DNA of 64,000 nucleotides, taken from positions 3,296,001-3,360,000 of the forward strand of contig OZ242260.1 in assembly GCA_965207065.1 (NCBI GenBank), read 5' to 3'. Numbering within the stretch: the stretch's first letter is position 1; every line of letters starts with the position of its first letter. Under the pieces are notes generated by a model, which was given only the letters and a program-made list of their open reading frames with translations, made no database searches and had not been told where the DNA came from. This document shows, piece by piece, positions 10,206 to 20,146 of the stretch. Both the position numbers and the translations under genes were made by a program. This DNA comes from a bacterium. Its GTDB lineage: Bacteria > UBA8248.

Positions 10206-10260
10206 TGTTCATCAGAGGGAAGCATAGGCAAGAAACGACGAAATAAAAAAAGGACTCAAC

Positions 10261-10827
10261 ATGGATAAAGAGAAAACAGCGGCTAAAACGAAAACGCTTC
10301 ATTGGTGGTTGCTTTGGATAGGTTCTCCGGTGGCGATATTCGCCATGCTGGGAGGCGGGTTGCTTTATATCGCCCAGGCCGAAGTAAAGCCCGTGGTTGC
10401 GAAAGTGGACGCGGAAGTCAAAAGACTCGACGGAGTGGACGGGCAGCTCCAGAAGCAAATCACCGATGTCAAAATGAGTCTGGACGAGCGACTGAAGCAA
10501 CTCCACGCGGACCTGAACGCCTTCAAGGCCCAAATGCATGAAGATTTGAAAAGATTGGCCACCAGAGATGACTTCGGTTACCTGAAATCAGACATGGGCA
10601 ATCTGAAAACTGAAATGGGTAGCCTGAAATCAGACGTAGGTAGTCTGAAAACTGAAATGGACAGCATGAAATCAGACGTGGACAGCATGAAAGCTGATGT
10701 GGGTAGTATGAAATCAGACGTGGGCAGTATGACAGCCGAGTTGACTAATCTGAAAGAAAAACTTATCACGCCGCAACAGATACGAACCATCATGAGGGAA
10801 GTGCTGGAGGAGCAACGCACCCGATAA
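10261..10827 (+). CDS. Membrane-anchored coiled-coil protein with heptad repeats
   Basis: One N-terminal TM segment followed by heptads (LKSDMGN/LKTEMGS/MKSDVGS); AAGGA RBS; lower GC than its neighbours. Confidence 0.8.
   Translation: MDKEKTAAKTKTLHWWLLWIGSPVAIFAMLGGGLLYIAQAEVKPVVAKVDAEVKRLDGVDGQLQKQITDVKMSLDERLKQLHADLNAFKAQMHEDLKRLATRDDFGYLKSDMGNLKTEMGSLKSDVGSLKTEMDSMKSDVDSMKADVGSMKSDVGSMTAELTNLKEKLITPQQIRTIMREVLEEQRTR
10582..10728 (+). repeat. 21-nt in-frame tandem repeat, 7 units
   Basis: Units such as CTGAAATCAGACATGGGCAAT and ATGAAATCAGACGTGGGCAGT. Confidence 0.85.
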
Positions 10828-10959
10828 GTCCGGACGAGTTTTCAGGAACCGCATCCACCGAATCGCCCCTGCAAAAACTGGCCGTGATTTTTTTTTGGAA
10901 GAGGGGATACCTGCCTGCTTGAACCAAAACCCGCTTAGGCGGCGAGAGAGCAGGCCCTA

Positions 10960-11715
10960 TCACACCATCGTCGCTCCGCCGTTCACGTCGAGCGTGACGC
11001 CTGTGATATAGGCCGCCTCCTTGCTGCAAAGGAAAACGACGGCTTCGGCTATCTCGCGGGATTCCGAGAGTCTGCCCACGGGCGATGATTTTTCGATGTG
11101 GGCGATGCGCTCGGGGGTTCTGATTTTGAGCCCTCGCGGCGTCTGCACGTTGGCAGGCGCCACGGCGTTTACGGTGACGCCGTGCGGGCCGAGTTCGCGC
11201 GCCGCCTGGCGGGTCAGGCCGAGCACGCCCGCTTTGGCGGCGGTGTAATGCGGCGGATTAGGGTTCACGCCGCTGCGCGCGGCCATGCTCGAGAGCGTGA
11301 CGAAGCGCCCATAGTTCGACGCCACCATCAGGGGCGCGACGGCCTTCAAGAGATAGAACATCGATTTCAGGTTCGAGTTCACCACGCCGTCCCAGGCCTC
11401 TACGGGACATTCGAGCAGGCCCACGTATTGCGGAAACCCACCAGCGCTGTGCACGAGAACGTCAATACGGCCTGCCCGGCGGTGTGCCTCGTTGACTGCG
11501 GTTTCGGTCGCCTCCCAGTCGGTGAGGTCGACGACGGCGGAGTGAGCCGCGCCTCCGCTTTCGTTGATGGAATTCGTGACGGCTTCGGCGCCTTCCGCGT
11601 CGAAATCCATGACGGTGACCGAAGCCCCCCTTTGGGCGAGGATTCTCGCCGTGGATTCACCGATGCCCGTCGCCGCGCCCGTGACGATGGCGCTTTGCCC
11701 CTCGAAGCCGCTCAT
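10960..11715 (-). CDS. Short-chain dehydrogenase/reductase (FabG-like)
   Basis: TGAATGIG, catalytic YTAAK, C-terminal DVNGG. Confidence 0.93.
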   Translation of the reverse strand: MSGFEGQSAIVTGAATGIGESTARILAQRGASVTVMDFDAEGAEAVTNSINESGGAAHSAVVDLTDWEATETAVNEAHRRAGRIDVLVHSAGGFPQYVGLLECPVEAWDGVVNSNLKSMFYLLKAVAPLMVASNYGRFVTLSSMAARSGVNPNPPHYTAAKAGVLGLTRQAARELGPHGVTVNAVAPANVQTPRGLKIRTPERIAHIEKSSPVGRLSESREIAEAVVFLCSKEAAYITGVTLDVNGGATMV

Positions 11716-11732
11716 ATCACTTTCCTTTTCAT

Positions 11733-11772
11733 AAAAAAAACGGCGCGCGACGACCCTAGCCGCCGCGCGCCG
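11733..11772 (-). terminator. Rho-independent terminator-like hairpin after dctP
   Basis: CGGCGCGCG/CGCGCGCCG stem with a U-tract on the minus strand. Confidence 0.6.
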
Positions 11773-11784
11773 CAGGGTTTCCCG

Positions 11785-12795
11785 CTATTTTTGCATGTCG
11801 AGAATCTTGTTGATGAGGGTCATGCCGCCGAGCTTCTCGCCGAATTTCTTGTAAACCGGCTTCACGGCATCTACGAAGGGCTTGAGGTCGGGATAATCAA
11901 TTTTGAGGCCCTTGGCTTCGAACTTGCCGACCAGCTCTTTATCGAGAGTCTCGGAATAGCTGGTCAGCCATGCCGTGCTGTCGGTCGCAGCCTTCTGGAC
12001 GCCTTTCTGGATATTCTTGGGGAGTCCGCTGAAGTACTTGTCGTTGATGGTGATCACGCACACCGTCAATTGATGGTTGGTGACCGACATGTACTTCTGC
12101 ACCTCGTAGAACTTCATCGACCACTGCCAGGTTGTCCCGCCGTCCTGCCCGTCGACGACCTTCTGGGCCAGAGCGCTGAAGACCTCGGTCGGCGCCATGC
12201 CGATGGTGCTCCCACCGAATGACTTGTAGGTCTCGACCATAACCGGGTTCTTGGCGATGCGCATGCGCAGGTCGCCCAGGTCGGACGGCTTCAGGATGGG
12301 GTGCTTGCTGTTCGCCATTTTTCGGAATGAACACGGCCAGGAACTCAGGATGCGGATGCCGGATTTCTTCCTGTAGTTCTCGGCGATTGTCTTGCCGATG
12401 TCGCTGTTCAACACCTTGGCGGCGCTCCTGAAGTTCTTGAAAAGGAAGGGAAGCGTGTAGACGTCTATCCGGCGGTCGAAACGGGAGATATTGTTCGTCA
12501 CGACCGTCTGCATCTGGACCGAGCCGAGCTGGACCTTCTTCGCGGCGATGCTGTCCTTCCCGAGCTGGGAGGAGGGGAATATCTGGGTGTCGGCTTCCCC
12601 AGCGGTGTAGATGCGCAGGTAGTTCTGAAAGGTCGTGGCGGCTGCCGTGTAGAGCATGTCGGGTTTCGGGGGGCTGTTGTGGGCGAACTTCATCACATGC
12701 TTTGCGGCCTCGGCCCGTGGAACCGCGATGCCGACCAGACCCGCGATGAGAATGACGCCCATGATCATCGTAAAACCTTTTTTCAGATGTCGCAT
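11785..12795 (-). CDS. dctP: TRAP transporter substrate-binding protein DctP
   Basis: Signal peptide, IFPSSQLG, LPFLF, LRMR, ALAQKVVDGQD. Confidence 0.92.
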   Translation of the reverse strand: MRHLKKGFTMIMGVILIAGLVGIAVPRAEAAKHVMKFAHNSPPKPDMLYTAAATTFQNYLRIYTAGEADTQIFPSSQLGKDSIAAKKVQLGSVQMQTVVTNNISRFDRRIDVYTLPFLFKNFRSAAKVLNSDIGKTIAENYRKKSGIRILSSWPCSFRKMANSKHPILKPSDLGDLRMRIAKNPVMVETYKSFGGSTIGMAPTEVFSALAQKVVDGQDGGTTWQWSMKFYEVQKYMSVTNHQLTVCVITINDKYFSGLPKNIQKGVQKAATDSTAWLTSYSETLDKELVGKFEAKGLKIDYPDLKPFVDAVKPVYKKFGEKLGGMTLINKILDMQK

Positions 12796-12820
12796 GTCTT
12801 TCCTCCTTTGGGTTCGTTCC

Positions 12821-14107
12821 TCATCTGCCGAAGAGCAGATTTGGCAGGATGAGGGAGATGCTGGGGAAATACGAGAAAATGAGAACGGCTAAGAACATCG
12901 TCGCGATGAAGGGCAGAACGGCTTTGGCGATGGCGCCCAGCGTCGTGTCCGCGATGCCCAGGGCGACGAACAGACTCGTTCCCAGTGGCGGCGTGAGGTA
13001 GCCAATCTCGCAGTTCACCACGAAAACGATGCCGAAGTGGATGGGGTCTATGCCTACGGACTTGACGACCGGGAGGAACAGGGGCGTCAGGATGATGATC
13101 TGCGCCATCGTGTTGAGCCACATCCCCACGAAAGTGAGGAACAGGCTGATCAAGATGAGGATGAGGAAGGGCGACGTCGTCATGGTTTTGATGAACGCGG
13201 TGACCATCTGGGGAATCTGGTGGATGGTGATCAACTCCCCATACGCCAGCGACGCCCCCCAGATGATGGCGATGGTTCCGGTGATGAGCGAAGCGATCTC
13301 CAGGCAATCCTGCGTCGTCTTCCAGTCCAGTTCCTTGTACACGAAAGCACCGATCGCATAGCCGTAGAGTACGGCGATGACGGCGCTCTCCGTCGGCGTG
13401 ACGAAGCCGCCGTAGATGCCGCCGAGAATTACGACCGGCGCCATCAACGCCCAGCGGGAATCCCATACCGTGCGCAGCGTGCGAGCGAGGTTGAACGGCT
13501 CGCCCGGCTCGTTCGGCGTCTTGTGGCGCGCCATGAAGGACGCGCAGATCATCAGCATGCAGCCCAGGATGAGGCCGGGCAGAAAACCCGCAACGAACAA
13601 ACGGGTGACGGACTCGTCCGCGCTCACGCCGTATACGATGAGGGCTCCGCTCGGAGGGATCAGGATTCCCAGCGTGCCGCCGCATGCCGATACGGCCCCC
13701 GAGTAATTTCTGTCGTAATGGCGGCGGAGCATGGTGGGGATCATGATGCCCCCCACGGCGGCCGTCGTGGCGGGGCCGGAGCCCGAGATGGCCGAGAAAA
13801 GCATGCACGCGAGTATAGTGACGTGGGCGAGGCCGCCCCGGACGTTTCCCACCAGGCAGTCGGCCACCGAGATCAGCCTTTTGCTGATGCCCCCTTTTTC
13901 CATGAGCGCGCCCGCAAGCAGGAACATGGGAACGGCGATGAAGGGGAACTTGTCCAGCCCGTCGTAGTAGGAGAGGGCGAGACTCTCCAGCGGCAAGTCC
14001 GTCAGCCAGTAAACCAGGACCGACGCGGTGCCGAGGGCGACGCCGATGGGTACGCGCAATGCCAGGAAGATGGCCAGCGAACCGAGCAGAACGAGGGGCA
14101 TGTTCAT
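12821..14107 (-). CDS. dctM: TRAP transporter large permease DctM
   Basis: AVPMFLLAG, SGSGPATTAA, LIPPS, TPTESA, GIDPIHFG, LTPPLG. Confidence 0.95.
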   Translation of the reverse strand: MNMPLVLLGSLAIFLALRVPIGVALGTASVLVYWLTDLPLESLALSYYDGLDKFPFIAVPMFLLAGALMEKGGISKRLISVADCLVGNVRGGLAHVTILACMLFSAISGSGPATTAAVGGIMIPTMLRRHYDRNYSGAVSACGGTLGILIPPSGALIVYGVSADESVTRLFVAGFLPGLILGCMLMICASFMARHKTPNEPGEPFNLARTLRTVWDSRWALMAPVVILGGIYGGFVTPTESAVIAVLYGYAIGAFVYKELDWKTTQDCLEIASLITGTIAIIWGASLAYGELITIHQIPQMVTAFIKTMTTSPFLILILISLFLTFVGMWLNTMAQIIILTPLFLPVVKSVGIDPIHFGIVFVVNCEIGYLTPPLGTSLFVALGIADTTLGAIAKAVLPFIATMFLAVLIFSYFPSISLILPNLLFGR

Positions 14108-14598
14108 ACTTCTTCGTCCAGTTTTTCCGTTTGGTAGAGAACCTCGGGGCCGCCCAGAATGTAGACCCGGTACATGTGGAAGGCGAGGCGGATCGACATG
14201 AGAGCGAAGCCCACGGGTATGATGCCGTGAACGATCGCTTCCGGAATTTCGAGAACGTCGGTTTCCGAATAATTCTCGATTTCACTCCAGACGAAAAGAA
14301 ATCCGTAGTAGGTCATGACGATATTGAAGAGGAGCCAAAGGGAGTCGGCGAAGATGGAGAACGACGACTTCCATAAATCCGGCAGGATCATGTCGAGCGC
14401 GGTGACGCGTATGTGCCGGCCCTGAATGATGATCCAGCTGATCGAAAGATAGATGAACCAGACGAAAACGATGCGCGAGAACTCTTCGATCCAGTTGATG
14501 GAGGTGTAGAAAACGTAGCGCGCGATGATCTGGGCCGTAAGCATGAGGGTGAGCGCGAGCAGAAGTAACCATGAGACATTTCGTTCGATATTTCGCAC
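14104..14598 (-). CDS. dctQ: TRAP transporter small permease DctQ
   Basis: Four TM segments, WIEEFSR and HIRV motifs; overlaps the dctM start. Confidence 0.9.
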   Translation of the reverse strand: MRNIERNVSWLLLLALTLMLTAQIIARYVFYTSINWIEEFSRIVFVWFIYLSISWIIIQGRHIRVTALDMILPDLWKSSFSIFADSLWLLFNIVMTYYGFLFVWSEIENYSETDVLEIPEAIVHGIIPVGFALMSIRLAFHMYRVYILGGPEVLYQTEKLDEEV

Positions 14599-14728
14599 GT
14601 TTGGCTTTCCCGTCTTGCGAGGAATGGAGCCGCATGCCTGTCATTAATTTGTGTATGGAGGCAGTTTAGTTTGTTTCGGCGCAAGCGGTCAATGCCAGCG
14701 GAGGGTTGCGTGGTGGGGTAGGATGGAC

Positions 14729-15532
14729 TCAGGCGTCCTGCGCTTCACGGAAGACTCCTTTTTCTTTCAGCCTGTCGTAAAAGCGCACGACCGCCCCTCG
14801 CAGGGGCTCGTCGAGATATCCGAGAATTTCCCCGTACAGATTTTTTGGAACACCGAAGCGGGCCTCGGCAATGCTTCCCGCAATGGCCGCGAGCGTATCT
14901 GCATCCCCGCCGAGAGAAACAGCGAGACGAAGCGCGTCCTCGAAGCTCTCAGCCTCGAGTGCGGCGGTGAAGGCTTGGGGGCAGGTCCCCTGGCATGTCT
15001 CATCGAAGCAGTATTCCGGGCGGATTTCATCACACGTGCGCGAGAGGTCATACCCGTAGCGGCGTGCGAGTTCTTCTCGCAGCGTTTCCGGCGCCACCCC
15101 CATGCGCGCGCTCCAGATTGTCCATGCGGTCGCTTCCGCGCCCTTGATTCCCTCCGGGTGGTTGTGGGTCGGCATGGCGCTCGCCCTTGCGAGAGCGACG
15201 CAATCCGCCTCGCTCTCCGCGAGCCAGGCGGTGGACGAGACGCGCATGGCCGCGCCGTTTCCATAGCTTCCGTAAGGTTTTGAATCCTCTCCGTGAAGCC
15301 ACATTGCGAATCTGTGTCCATATCCTCCCGCTGGATGGGGATACATGCGGCCCCATTCCTTCATTTTCTTTCCGATCTCCTCGCCCGTGAGCAGGGCGTC
15401 GGCGACGGCCGCGGTCATGATCGTGTCGTCGGTGAAGGTGTTTCGGGGGCCGATCAGTCGGAAGTCCTTCGTCTTGGTGCCGTTGAACTCATGAACGCTA
15501 CCGACGACGTCGCCCGCAATCGCTCCCATCAT
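14729..15532 (-). CDS. ADP-ribosylglycohydrolase family protein
   Basis: GAIAGDVVGS, TDDT, SYGNGAAMR, THNH, GGDADT; start at MMGA behind AAGGAG. Confidence 0.93.
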   Translation of the reverse strand: MMGAIAGDVVGSVHEFNGTKTKDFRLIGPRNTFTDDTIMTAAVADALLTGEEIGKKMKEWGRMYPHPAGGYGHRFAMWLHGEDSKPYGSYGNGAAMRVSSTAWLAESEADCVALARASAMPTHNHPEGIKGAEATAWTIWSARMGVAPETLREELARRYGYDLSRTCDEIRPEYCFDETCQGTCPQAFTAALEAESFEDALRLAVSLGGDADTLAAIAGSIAEARFGVPKNLYGEILGYLDEPLRGAVVRFYDRLKEKGVFREAQDA

Positions 15533-15674
15533 GCGCGGCTTCTCCTTTCCGCGTCCGCCTCGCAGGGGTTTGGGAATTTCTCTTCCGGAAAACACCGGGC
15601 GGCGGAGCAAAGCTCCAGGACACACGAATAGCGGTAGAGGAGGTAAATGCCACTAACTGAATGTACGCAAGATT

Positions 15675-16451
15675 TCAGGCACATGGATCGAATGGCTGGT
15701 TAAACACACGGATCAACGGGATGAAGGGTGTGCAGTTGCAATCGAGGCATTTTCCCCAGCACGAATTGTCGACAATTCCATTACTATGGTTTATGAGCGC
15801 ACGCTCCCAATCCGCCTTGGACTTGAACAATTTCCCGTTTTTCGCCATATCCTTGGTATTGAGGAATCCCAGATAGACGAGAACGACGGGGATTCCCAGC
15901 GAAGCCAGTTTCCAGGACCAGGCGAACCGGTTCGACAACTGGTAATGCGTGTCTCTGGATAAATTCCAAGGGTTTCCGGTCAGTTTCGTTAGCCCGTCGT
16001 TCGCCTTCGAGATCGCCTGAGCGATTTTTTCATGGTTTTTGTGGCTGTTTGGTTTAGCACCTAGCTTAGGTGGTGTTTTGCCTGAAACAGACAATTCGTT
16101 TTCATGAGCTTTGGCTTCGAGTAGAAGGAATCCCTGCTCTCCCATAATTTCGCAGGTGCTGGCTATGTCCCAAGTTGGCGTACGTGATCCTCTTGGAGCG
16201 GCTAGCCACCAGTTCTGAAGTTTGAATCGGATCACGGGCGAAACGAAATTGTCCGATTTATCTAGTTGGGGTTCTTTGACGGGAGTCTTGCCGCAAGGCC
16301 TCCATTCATTATCAGGAGATACTGCCACGCTTGGAGAATCCACCAATTGAGTCAGGCATTTGGCGACTTCGTTTCGGTTGCCGTCTGTGAGTAATACACA
16401 ACGCGGACGGCTTCCCTGGTTGTCTTTGCCTAGTCCTTCCCACCATTTCAT
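15675..16451 (-). CDS. Hypothetical protein, putative PD-(D/E)xK nuclease
   Basis: Low-GC 258-aa ORF with TWD...LLEAK and a downstream HYQL motif. Confidence 0.6.
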   Translation of the reverse strand: MKWWEGLGKDNQGSRPRCVLLTDGNRNEVAKCLTQLVDSPSVAVSPDNEWRPCGKTPVKEPQLDKSDNFVSPVIRFKLQNWWLAAPRGSRTPTWDIASTCEIMGEQGFLLLEAKAHENELSVSGKTPPKLGAKPNSHKNHEKIAQAISKANDGLTKLTGNPWNLSRDTHYQLSNRFAWSWKLASLGIPVVLVYLGFLNTKDMAKNGKLFKSKADWERALINHSNGIVDNSCWGKCLDCNCTPFIPLIRVFNQPFDPCA

Positions 16452-16575
16452 GACTTCTTCCGTCTATGCCGTTCGGTGCAACTGCACGTCAGCCCCAAAC
16501 GTCTTCTCTGGATTCCCGGTGAGCGCGCGCGTCGCCTAATATGTTCATGCGGGCTTTTTGTTTTCGAGCGCAACG

Positions 16576-16962
16576 CTACCCCCCCATCTGCGCGACGCGA
16601 CGCGCCATCCATTCGACGTAGGCCGTCCGCGTCATCCCACGTCTGGCGGCTTCGCCGTCGATAAAGGCGGCGACGCCTTCGTCAAGCGACAGATTGGCGC
16701 GGACGTTGCGTCCCGAGAGGCGAATTATCGGAATGGAGACGAGCACGCACCCGGGCGGGGTGTCTACGTTCTCGATGGCGGTCGGAGGGAGAACCTCTTC
16801 GTCGTGCTTTTCCACCTCAATCACGTAGTCGCGCAAGGCTTCCTCGGCGTTGATGAGCGCCTCATCCAGGGTCTTGCCCATGGCGGCAATGCCGGGAAGA
16901 TCAGGAAAGATGACGCCGTATGCGCCCTGCTCACCATCGATCAATGCGGGATATCGGGCCAT
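16576..16962 (-). CDS. hicB: HicB family antitoxin
   Basis: YPALI..GVIFPDLPG...G.TLDEAL.NAEEAL plus a C-terminal RHH-like segment (ANLSLDEG...MTRTAY); AGGAGG RBS. Confidence 0.92.
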   Translation of the reverse strand: MARYPALIDGEQGAYGVIFPDLPGIAAMGKTLDEALINAEEALRDYVIEVEKHDEEVLPPTAIENVDTPPGCVLVSIPIIRLSGRNVRANLSLDEGVAAFIDGEAARRGMTRTAYVEWMARRVAQMGG

Positions 16963-16974
16963 GGTCGTGCCCTC

Positions 16975-17120
16975 CTAGTCTGTCCATCCGGCTTGTATAG
17001 CAATTGTACGGACGACCCCCGGCGTGAGCGTACGGTGGCGCGGCAGCTAATCGTGCCGCTTTTGCGCGGGTGCCGATAGATGTCGTGGTTCGAGCCGTGG
17101 CGCGCTTCTCCCGCCGTCGC
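16975..17120 (-). pseudogene. hicA: hicA toxin remnant (5'-truncated, frameshifted)
   Basis: Manual translation EARHGSNHDIYRHPRKSGTI, then a 1-nt shift to LPRHRTLTPGVVRTIAIQAGWTD*; no start codon, abuts the ybdK stop. Confidence 0.8.
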
Positions 17121-18278
17121 TCAAAAAACCCCCTCCCGCGTTTCGGCGAGCACCAGGTCGACCACCTTGCGCAGGGCTTCCTCGTCTGTATCGCCTTCCA
17201 GGCGTCGGAGGCGGTAGAGGTCGGCCTGGCGGTCAGCGCCGCTGCCCTCGCGGATGATGGTGAGCGTGTGGCGCAACTCGGCCTCGCACCCGAGCGCGCG
17301 GGCGTCGGGGGTGAGCTTCTCGACGAGTTCACCCACGAAGTCGTCGATGTCCACCCTTGCGTTCTCGTGGGTCGTGTCGCCGAAGAAGGAAAGCGTGCCG
17401 TAGCGATGGGCCACCCAGCGGTTCTCCGCGATGATCTCGGTGAGCGGCTCAGGCGGCAGCGCGCCCGCCTCGTCCTGGCGTGTGAGCCACCGCAGCAGAG
17501 AGACGTAGAGCGCCGTGACGGCGATGGCGTCCTCCATTCTTGGGCAGATGTCGCAGATGCGAAGCTCCAGCGTCGGGAAGGCGTGGGCGGGGCGGACGTC
17601 CCACCAGATTTCGCTGCCGGTTTCGATGAACTTCATTCGCTGGTATTCGGAGATAATCTTCTCGAACTCCGCCCGGGTGCGCAGGGGAGGGGGCAGGTTG
17701 GTGCGCGGCAGGTTGCCGAAGAGGTTCAGGCGATAGGACTTGTAGCCCGTGTCGCTGCCTCCGATGAAGGGCGAAGAGGTGGAGAGCGCGTGGATGGCGG
17801 GAAGGTAGCGGCGGATGGCCGTCATGACCCGGATGCGGGATTCCGGGTCGCCGAAGCCCGCATGGATGTGCATCCCGCCGATGACCAAACGGCGAATGGT
17901 CTCCTGGAACGTCATCAGAAAGCGCGCGTAGCGCTCCTTGGCAGTGACCTTTAGCTCCCGCCACTGCGCGAAGGGATGGGTGGAGGAGCCCAGCACCGCC
18001 GCGCCGTGGGCTTCGGCCGCCTCGATGACGACCCGCCGGGTCTCGCGCAGCGCCACTCTCGCCTCGGCCACCGAAGCGCACACCCGGGTGTTGGTCTCGA
18101 CCTGGGAGCGAATCACCTCGCGTGTTACCTTGTGCGGCTCGATACCGGCCTCGCAGGCTTCGAAGATCGCCGGTTCGGGGTCGGCGATGAGGTCGCGCGA
18201 ATCGGGGTCGACGAGAAAGAATTCCTCCTCCACCCCGATTGTTATCTTCAGGTTTTCTCGATTATCGGCTTCACTCAC
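17121..18278 (-). CDS. ybdK: Carboxylate-amine ligase (glutamate--cysteine ligase 2, YbdK family)
   Basis: TIGVEEEF, QVETNT, GMHIHAG, SSPF, WWDVRP..FPTLELRICD; start uncertain (GTG 18278, or up to 18329). Confidence 0.9.
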   Translation of the reverse strand: MSEADNRENLKITIGVEEEFFLVDPDSRDLIADPEPAIFEACEAGIEPHKVTREVIRSQVETNTRVCASVAEARVALRETRRVVIEAAEAHGAAVLGSSTHPFAQWRELKVTAKERYARFLMTFQETIRRLVIGGMHIHAGFGDPESRIRVMTAIRRYLPAIHALSTSSPFIGGSDTGYKSYRLNLFGNLPRTNLPPPLRTRAEFEKIISEYQRMKFIETGSEIWWDVRPAHAFPTLELRICDICPRMEDAIAVTALYVSLLRWLTRQDEAGALPPEPLTEIIAENRWVAHRYGTLSFFGDTTHENARVDIDDFVGELVEKLTPDARALGCEAELRHTLTIIREGSGADRQADLYRLRRLEGDTDEEALRKVVDLVLAETREGVF

Positions 18279-18433
18279 GACGCGCTCTCCCGCAAGCGGC
18301 GCAGGCCGCACCTTCTTCGTACACTTCACGTTCGCAAAGAGTGGTTTTAAGTCGAACCCCTCTAAATCAGGCGCGTCGACTCTATCATTTCATGCCGGGC
18401 GAATCCAAGTATTTCAGGAGATATGTCGTCGAT

Positions 18434-19666
18434 CTAGGGCTGGTGAAGCGCTCGCTCCCGCGTGCCGCCCAGGCTTGTGAGGGCGAAGGGCAGCGTGAGC
18501 AGCCCGGCGACGACGCCCACGCCCACCAGTCCGAACGCGTCCACGCAAAGACCGATGAGGGGAGCGAGCACCATGGCGAGTATCGATTTCGCCTGCGTCT
18601 CGACGGAGAGTATCGTCGCGCCCGCTTCGGGCGTGCTGTGGGCGTCGATGCGGCTGATGAGCACGGGACGCCAGAAGTTCTGCAGAACGGCCAGGGCGAC
18701 GAAGCCCGCGATGACCACCGATTCCCAGCCCGTCCAGAGCCCCCATGCGAGAAACGCATAGATGAGGGCGGTGGCGCCCCACAGCGATTTCGCGGCCGCT
18801 TCCTCGGAACCCGTTGAGGCGACGAGGCGGTGCCCCCCGCGCGAGGCGAAGCTGGATAACAAGTGCAGGACGAAGTAAACCGCCCCGACCAGGATGGCGA
18901 CGCGCTGTTGCTGCTGCCAGGTGGCGAGCAGGGCAAGGCCCAGGGCGGCTTGCTTGATGACGGGCTGTATGTAGTCCTTCGCGACCTTGTAGGTGCCCTC
19001 GTAGCTCATGGATTCCAACAGGATGCCGCGCAGCGGCCTGTCGGTGAAAGCCATGCGCATGGAGTCTTTCAGATGTCCCCATACGCTCGGGATTTTCGTA
19101 TCCGCCGCGCGTGCGCCTTCGAGTTCTTTGGGATAACCCATGAAGTTCACGATGTTGAGCGCATAGGGGATGACGGCGAGCAGGAATATTTCGCTGTAGC
19201 GCGCGCCGGTGAAGATGAACGCGCTGGCGATCACGACCGAGACGGCCGAGCCCACCTTCGACCATGAGCGCGTGAACCCGTAGACGCGGGTGCGCTCTTT
19301 CTCGCGGTTCTGGATTCTGAGCCACTCGAATATCATCGCCTTGTGCGTGCCGGTGCGGAACGAGTCGCCGAGCGCGAAGGCGAACATGGCGAGGAACAGG
19401 GCGGCGAATGAAGCCGAAAGGCCGAAGACGAGGAACGAGGCGATATAGGCGAGGAACGAAAATATCATCGAGCGCCTTCTGCCGTAGAGGTCGGCCACCG
19501 CGCCGCTCGGTATCTCGAAGAGGTTGATGCACACCTCGCGAAAGCCGATGAGAATCCCTATCTGGAAGAAGGAGAGGTCTTTTTCCAAGAAGGCGAGGAT
19601 GAGGAAGGGCTCGAAATAGGTCTGGTTTTTGAGGAAGCCGTATAGCGAGAATCGAAACAACATCAT
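18434..19666 (-). CDS. MFS transporter
   Basis: EIPSGAVADLYGRRRS motif A, FRTGTHKA, about 12 TM segments. Confidence 0.9.
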   Translation of the reverse strand: MMLFRFSLYGFLKNQTYFEPFLILAFLEKDLSFFQIGILIGFREVCINLFEIPSGAVADLYGRRRSMIFSFLAYIASFLVFGLSASFAALFLAMFAFALGDSFRTGTHKAMIFEWLRIQNREKERTRVYGFTRSWSKVGSAVSVVIASAFIFTGARYSEIFLLAVIPYALNIVNFMGYPKELEGARAADTKIPSVWGHLKDSMRMAFTDRPLRGILLESMSYEGTYKVAKDYIQPVIKQAALGLALLATWQQQQRVAILVGAVYFVLHLLSSFASRGGHRLVASTGSEEAAAKSLWGATALIYAFLAWGLWTGWESVVIAGFVALAVLQNFWRPVLISRIDAHSTPEAGATILSVETQAKSILAMVLAPLIGLCVDAFGLVGVGVVAGLLTLPFALTSLGGTRERALHQP

Positions 19667-19884
19667 CGGCTGACCCTCCTTCCCTCAATTTCGCGCCTGC
19701 GCCTCGTGCGCGCAAGGGGGCAGGGGAACAGAGGCGGCCTGCGCGCGCCAGCGCTTCATCCCCCACGGCGCGCATCAGACATTGTAGCGGAAATTTCATC
19801 GTTTGCGGGATGTTTTTTCGCGGGCTGCGCGGGGGAAAAAAAGGCCGGTGCGTGGATTCTTCCCCGCAAACCCATCCGCTTTCC

Positions 19885-20125
19885 GTAGGAACAGGTCGCG
19901 ACCTGTCCCTACGGGTTCGTTTCGATACATGGGATTTGCGTAGCCGGACAGACGCCTGCACCTGTCCTTACGAGCCCGATACCGCAGATTGCCGTGACCA
20001 AAAACGAACACCGGTCGGGCGCGGGGGCCGCCCGTGTTTTGAAGCCCGCAGTCGAATAATCCTGTTGAATTGTCTGGTCCCTGTGGCTACTACCGGTCAG
20101 GACAGGCACGGAGGCCAGTCCCTAC
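19885..20125. repeat. REP cluster (BIME-like)
   Basis: GTAGGAACAGGTCGCGACCTGTCCCTAC, GGACAGACGCCTGCACCTGTCC, GGACAGGCACGGAGGCCAGTCCCTAC. Confidence 0.8.
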
Positions 20126-20146
20126 GCATCTCCGCCGTCTTGATTC

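Noticed and set aside
15651-16494. Integron cassette (attC-like CACTAAC...GTCAGCC) around the nuclease-like gene
   Set aside because: The half-sites do not form a complete attC downstream of the gene, the GTT is missing and there is no integrase.
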